NCBI RefSeq assembly: GCF_001447785.1
Contig: NW_015170887.1
Location: 1,342,201-1,406,200 of the forward strand
From: Gekko japonicus
Taxonomy: Eukaryota
DNA length: 64,000 bases
Direction of reading: 5' to 3'
The translations under genes and the position numbers were made by a program. This document shows positions 59,427-64,000 of this stretch, in pieces. The notes beneath the pieces were generated by a model. The model had not been told where the DNA came from, did not search any database, and worked only from the letters and a program-made list of their open reading frames with translations. The first letter of the stretch is position 1. Each line of letters starts with the position of its first letter.

Positions 59427-59658
59427 TCCTGCCAACCTAGCAGTTCGTAAGCAAGAAATTGCAAGTAGATAAAGAGGTACCACTTCAGTGGGAAGGTAAC
59501 AGCGTTCCATGCGCCTTGGTGTTTAGTCATGCCGGCCACATGACCACGGAAATGTCTTCGGACAGCGCTGGCTCTTCGGCTTTGAAACAGAGATGAGCAC
59601 CGCAACCCTAGAGTCGGACTCGACTGGCTTTCGAGCAAGAGAACCTTTACCTTTACCT
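59427..59658 (+). mobile_element. Sauria SINE, 5'-truncated
   Basis: tcctgccaacctagcagttcg...(ACCTTT)n tail with TSD ttcaaggaactc. Confidence 0.9.
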
Positions 59659-59808
59659 TTCAAGGAACTCAGGGGGGCATCTGTGGTTTCTTCCACCTCC
59701 CTCTTATCCTCACAACAATTCTGTGAGATGGGTCAGGCTGAGAGTGAGTGACCAGTCACAGGTCACCCAGTGAGTTTCATGGTGAGTGGGGATTTGAACA
59801 TGAGTCTC

Positions 59809-60006
59809 TGGGGTTGCCAGCTCTGGGATGGGAAATATCTGGAGATTTGGGGGATGGTATGGGCAGGGGAGAGACCTCAGCCGGGTATACCACAGAGTCC
59901 ACCCTCCAAAGCGGTCGCTCTCTCCAGAGAAACTGATCTTGGTCATCCGGAGATCAGTTGTAATAGCGGGAGATCTCCAGGGGCTACCTGGAGGTTGGCA
60001 ACCCTA
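59809..60006 (-). mobile_element. hAT-type MITE inserted in an older SINE (~59670-60046)
   Basis: tggggttgcc...ttggcaacccta with TSD tgagtctc/tgagttac. Confidence 0.78.
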
Positions 60007-61514
60007 TGAGTTACCCAGGTCCCAGTCCAACATCGTACCACGCTGGTTTGATATTTTTGTGACACTTTGATTGCACGAATAAAGCAATTTCTATTTTCAC
60101 CCTGTTCAAGGGCTCGGTTCTACTAATATGGCATCAAGAGTCTCAGCGGGGTTTTTTTGGCCAAAGGTGAAGGCTTGTGTCAGCCTTTGCCTAGACTGGG
60201 CCACTGAAAAACCTAAACCAGCTGCTCCTAAGAGAAGGAAGGTTTCCTTCCTTATGCAATCCTAGTGTGATTTAGGTCAAATTGGAAAATGGGCCTCATT
60301 CACATGGACACATGTCTATCTAGGACACACATGTCTTCCCAACCACACATGCTAGCAAGGGATCAGGGGAAAGGAGCTTCAAGGGGCCCGTTTCTTGATA
60401 AAGCTCTTATGATACCACTGCTGTGATCCTTCTCATCTCATTCCTGAAAGTCTGGGCTCTCCATTGTGCTGTGCCTTCCAAAGAGTGCACTTTCAACATC
60501 CATCTTGTAACTTCAGAAACATTCCGTGGTGTTTGAACAGTCAGACTGAAAAGCAGGGAGACACCTTCTCTGCAGGGTGAAATTAGTAACTAGTGACAGT
60601 GAGCCTGCTAGATAAGGGAGGTCAGAAGCTTAAAAGCTTGCTGCCGAGTGCCTGAAATCACTCTGTGCAGAGCCGGAGGTTGTCTGTGGAATCTGGCTAC
60701 CCTGTTACATTCAACACTTTAGCGCACACACACACACACCCTACATCCCCAAGATATTTTTTTCCTGACTGGCTGCAGCAGGTTTATAATCCTTCACATG
60801 TTAGAGAAGACTGCATCTCCATGCAATTCCAGGCACTATAGCCACATTCAGACCCTCAGTGGTAAGCCACAGTTAAACTCCAAGTTGCTGCTCCTCCTCC
60901 CTAGGAAGGACATGGAGAGCCAAAGGAAGGGGCAAGCAGCCTCTCTCCATGGCCATCCACTAGGGAAAACAGCACAGCAGGGAAACTGAGAGCCCCTATC
61001 CCCCCCCCCAGTGCTCTGGAGCCCAATGGAGCACTATGGGGGTGAGTAAACCCATTTTTACAAGTTGTTCTGTGTGTCAGTGAATTGTGTTGGGCACCAG
61101 TATCTCAACTCGTGTCACTTATGACATCTAGTTTCGCTCAAAGACTACTGTAGCCACTTGGGTTAAGTCAAACTCACTGTATCCCCACTTGTGTTCTTTG
61201 TGCAAGATCCTGTGCAACTAATTTCTGGGTACTATAACAAATAGGGAGGAAAGTGCTAGACATTTCACCAGAACTTGCACAAGCAGAACTGCACTAAGTC
61301 TGTTTCTGCTTCCGTTTGCGCATCATTGCATCTAAGCCTGTAGATCCAAGAAAACTCTCAGTGCAGCGGCTGGCAGAAAGCAGAAACTCTATGCATAGAA
61401 ATACCAGTAAGGATGATCCTCTTGAGCAGGAATATTTGCTACCTCTTCTGATTGGAAGCTCCTCCTATCAGTTAGGTTATCTACTGAATCCCTTTCTAAC
61501 TTCCTGCCCTCAAC

Positions 61515-63338
61515 TCATACAAGGTAAACAATATCTATTGGATCCCCCTTGTCCACATGTTTGTTCACCCCCTCAAAGAACATTAACAGGTTAGTGAGAC
61601 AAGATCTTCCCTTACAGAACCCATGTTGAGTCTGCCTCAATAGGTTTTGTTCATCTATGTGCCTACTAATTCTTTCCTTAATAATGGTTTCCACCAATTT
61701 ACCCGGTATCGACGTCAGACTGACAGGCCTGTAATTTCCCGGATCTCCTCTGGAACCCTTTTTAAAGATGGGAGTGACATTAGCTACCTTCCAGTCCTCA
61801 GGAATGGAGGCTGATTTTAAGGAGAGATTACATATTTTTGTCAGGAGATCCACAAGTTCACAATTGAGTTCTTTCAGAACTCTTGGATGTATGCCATCTG
61901 GGCCTGGTGATTTATCAGTTTTTAAGTTGTTTATCAGTTTTAGGACCTCCTCTCTCGTCACCTCAATCTGACTCAGGTCTTTCAACACCCCTCCCGAACT
62001 CAGCGGCTCTGGAGTGGGCAAGCACCTCTCATCTTCCACAGTGAAGACGGAGGCAAAAAATGCATTTAGCTTCTCAGCCATTTCCCTATCATCCTTCAGT
62101 ACTCCTTTTACCCCTTGGTCATCCAAGGGCCCCACTGCCTCCCTGGCTGGTTTCCTGTTTCTAATGTATTTGAAGAAAGTTTTATTGTTGGTCTTTACAT
62201 TTTTTGCTATATGCTCCTCATATTCCCTTTTTGCATGCCTGACCACAGACTTGCATTTTATTTGCCATAGCCTGTGTTCTGTTTTATCAGCCTCACTGTG
62301 ACTAGCTTTCCACCGCTTAAAGGAATCCTTTTTACCTTTTACAGCTTCCATTACTTTGTTTGTTAACCATGTAGGCTTTTTCTTATACCTGTTTGTGCCT
62401 TTCCTAACCTGCGGAATATATTTTATTTGAGCTTCTAGAATTGTAGTTTTAAACAGTTTCCAAGCTTCCCCAATGGTTTTGACCCTTTCTACTTTTCCCT
62501 TCAGTTTCCTCCCCACATGTCCCCTCATATCAGAAAAATTACCCCTTTTAAAGTTAAAAGTGGTTGTGTGAGTCTTTTTGGCCAATTCCCTATTTGTACA
62601 AATGTTGAACTCAACAACATTATGATCACTGTTCCCAAGCGGTGCAATCACTTTTACATCTCTCACCAGGTCTTGAGTGTTACTTAGGACCAAATCAAGG
62701 ATCGCCTCTCCCCTGGTAGGTTCCATGACCATCTGCTCCATAGCACAGTCATTTAGAGTGTCTAGAAACTCAATCTCTTTCTCTCGACTAGAACACATAT
62801 TGACCCAATCAATGTGTGGGTAGTTAAAATCACCTATTACGACACAGTGTTTTTGTCTAGCTGCTATCTTTAATTCATTCATCATTTTATAATCCTCCTC
62901 TATCTTTTGATCCGGTGGGCGATAACAAACTCCCAGTGTTAAGTTTCCTTTTGGCCCCCCTATTTCAACCCACAGAACTTCAAGAAGCGAATCCAATTCT
63001 CTTAGCCTCTCGATCTTTCTGGACTTTATACCCTCTCTGACATACAGAGCTACCCCACCTCCAACCCTTCCCCCCCTATCCTTCCGATATAATATATAAC
63101 CGGGAATCACCGTATCCCACTGATTTTCCTCATCCCACCAAGTTTCTGAAATACCCACAATGTCTATTTTTCCCTCTGACACCAAGCACTCCAACTCCCC
63201 GATTTTACCTCGGACACTTCGAGCATTTGTATAGAAACAGCTGTAATTTCCCATACTGGTTAAGCCTGCCACCTTCCTCTTGCTATCTCGAGACCTTGTC
63301 AGGCAGTCCATGTCACTAGCCATGGTCTCAGTGGACAA
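61515..63338 (-). CDS. CR1 ORF2 fragment: complete APE endonuclease, linker and partial RT (lacks the catalytic YADD region)
   Basis: Uninterrupted ORF in the six-frame track with the CR1 ORF2 motifs listed for 61519-63445. Confidence 0.8.
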   Translation of the reverse strand: MSTETMASDMDCLTRSRDSKRKVAGLTSMGNYSCFYTNARSVRGKIGELECLVSEGKIDIVGISETWWDEENQWDTVIPGYILYRKDRGGRVGGGVALYVREGIKSRKIERLRELDSLLEVLWVEIGGPKGNLTLGVCYRPPDQKIEEDYKMMNELKIAARQKHCVVIGDFNYPHIDWVNMCSSREKEIEFLDTLNDCAMEQMVMEPTRGEAILDLVLSNTQDLVRDVKVIAPLGNSDHNVVEFNICTNRELAKKTHTTTFNFKRGNFSDMRGHVGRKLKGKVERVKTIGEAWKLFKTTILEAQIKYIPQVRKGTNRYKKKPTWLTNKVMEAVKGKKDSFKRWKASHSEADKTEHRLWQIKCKSVVRHAKREYEEHIAKNVKTNNKTFFKYIRNRKPAREAVGPLDDQGVKGVLKDDREMAEKLNAFFASVFTVEDERCLPTPEPLSSGGVLKDLSQIEVTREEVLKLINNLKTDKSPGPDGIHPRVLKELNCELVDLLTKICNLSLKSASIPEDWKVANVTPIFKKGSRGDPGNYRPVSLTSIPGKLVETIIKERISRHIDEQNLLRQTQHGFCKGRSCLTNLLMFFEGVNKHVDKGDPIDIVYLV

Positions 63339-63445
63339 TTTCGATCCACCTCCCTGTAGAAAAGCAACAGGTACCCCCTCATCTCTCTGAGATGAGCCAA
63401 CCCGAACCAGAGACTTTTTGTCTCCTGTCGGCTTTCCCCCAAAAT
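61519..63445 (-). mobile_element. CR1 LINE internal fragment (end of ORF1 region through the N-terminal RT)
   Basis: Open 607-aa ORF: APE endonuclease (YTNARS, ISETWW, YRPP, GDFNYP, LDLVL, SDHN), then KSPGPDGIHPRVLKEL, NYRPVSLTS, QHGF..GRSCLTNL, broken at DIVYL. Confidence 0.93.
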
Positions 63446-63501
63446 TGTGTGATTGTGTGATTCAAGAATGGTTTCCTAGGGGGTCTCTGAGATGCTGCAA
63501 A

Positions 63502-63748
63502 TAGGGATGCCAGCCTCCAGGTGGGACCTGGGGATCCTCCAGAATTACAGCTCATCTCCAGGCTACAGAGATCCGTTCCCCTGGAGAAAATGGATGCTTG
63601 AGAGGATGGACTCTATGGCATTGTACCCCACTGAGGTCCCTGTCCTCTTCAGGCTTCATCCCGAAATCTCCAGGAGTCTCCCAACCTGGATCTGACAACC
63701 CAACCCCTCCATCACCCACCGGTGGCCAGGGAGGACCTGGCAACCCTA
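63502..63748 (+). mobile_element. hAT-type MITE (TAGGGTTGCCA family)
   Basis: tagggatgcc...tggcaacccta with TSD gctgcaaa/gttgcaaa. Confidence 0.87.
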
Positions 63749-64000
63749 GTTGCAAAGGATCTTGGGAGAGTCCTCTCAGATCAATTTTGTCCCTGCCTGC
63801 TCATGTCCCACTGAAAAGCAGATTATTCTCTCCAAATCTCTCAGAACTCCACACCCTGCATCTTACCTACCCTGGAAATACAGAAATCCACTTAGGTAAA
63901 TTGCACAGTCTAACTGGAGGTTAGCCCTTGACAGTCCCATGAGCGAGCATGGGCCAAAATCTCCCACCGGTTTTGGCAGCCACAAGTGGAAGAACTTAGA

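Overview
Vertebrate genomic DNA, very likely a squamate and probably a gecko (inferred from Sauria, 5S-Sauria and Squam3-type SINEs). It looks like a draft scaffold, with N-gaps at 84-369 and 53147-53398. The only host gene I can support is the 3' half of LRRC74A on the + strand. It has seven in-phase GT-AG coding exons (800-14276: LRRs then two EF-hand-like loops) and two alternative phase-compatible terminal exons, a short acidic one (16174-16243) and a long one about 19 kb away (33279-33891). The rest is intron or intergenic DNA packed with transposable elements: a decayed Copia carrying five nested insertions, a Gypsy missing integrase and nearly all of its 3' LTR, two solo LTRs, CR1/L1/L2/Penelope fragments, and many SINEs and hAT/Harbinger MITEs. 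There is also a 5'-truncated processed pseudogene of POLR2F (RPB6). The best novelty candidates are two divergent CpG-rich SINE-like elements that join a Sauria-like domain to an L2-type tail (29964-30581 and ~31888-32366), the dual last-exon architecture of LRRC74A with a possible LTR-donated polyA site, and two different MITEs inserted into the same 8-bp target. Family names come from my recognition of the sequences, not from database searches. Repeat boundaries without a TSD are approximate.
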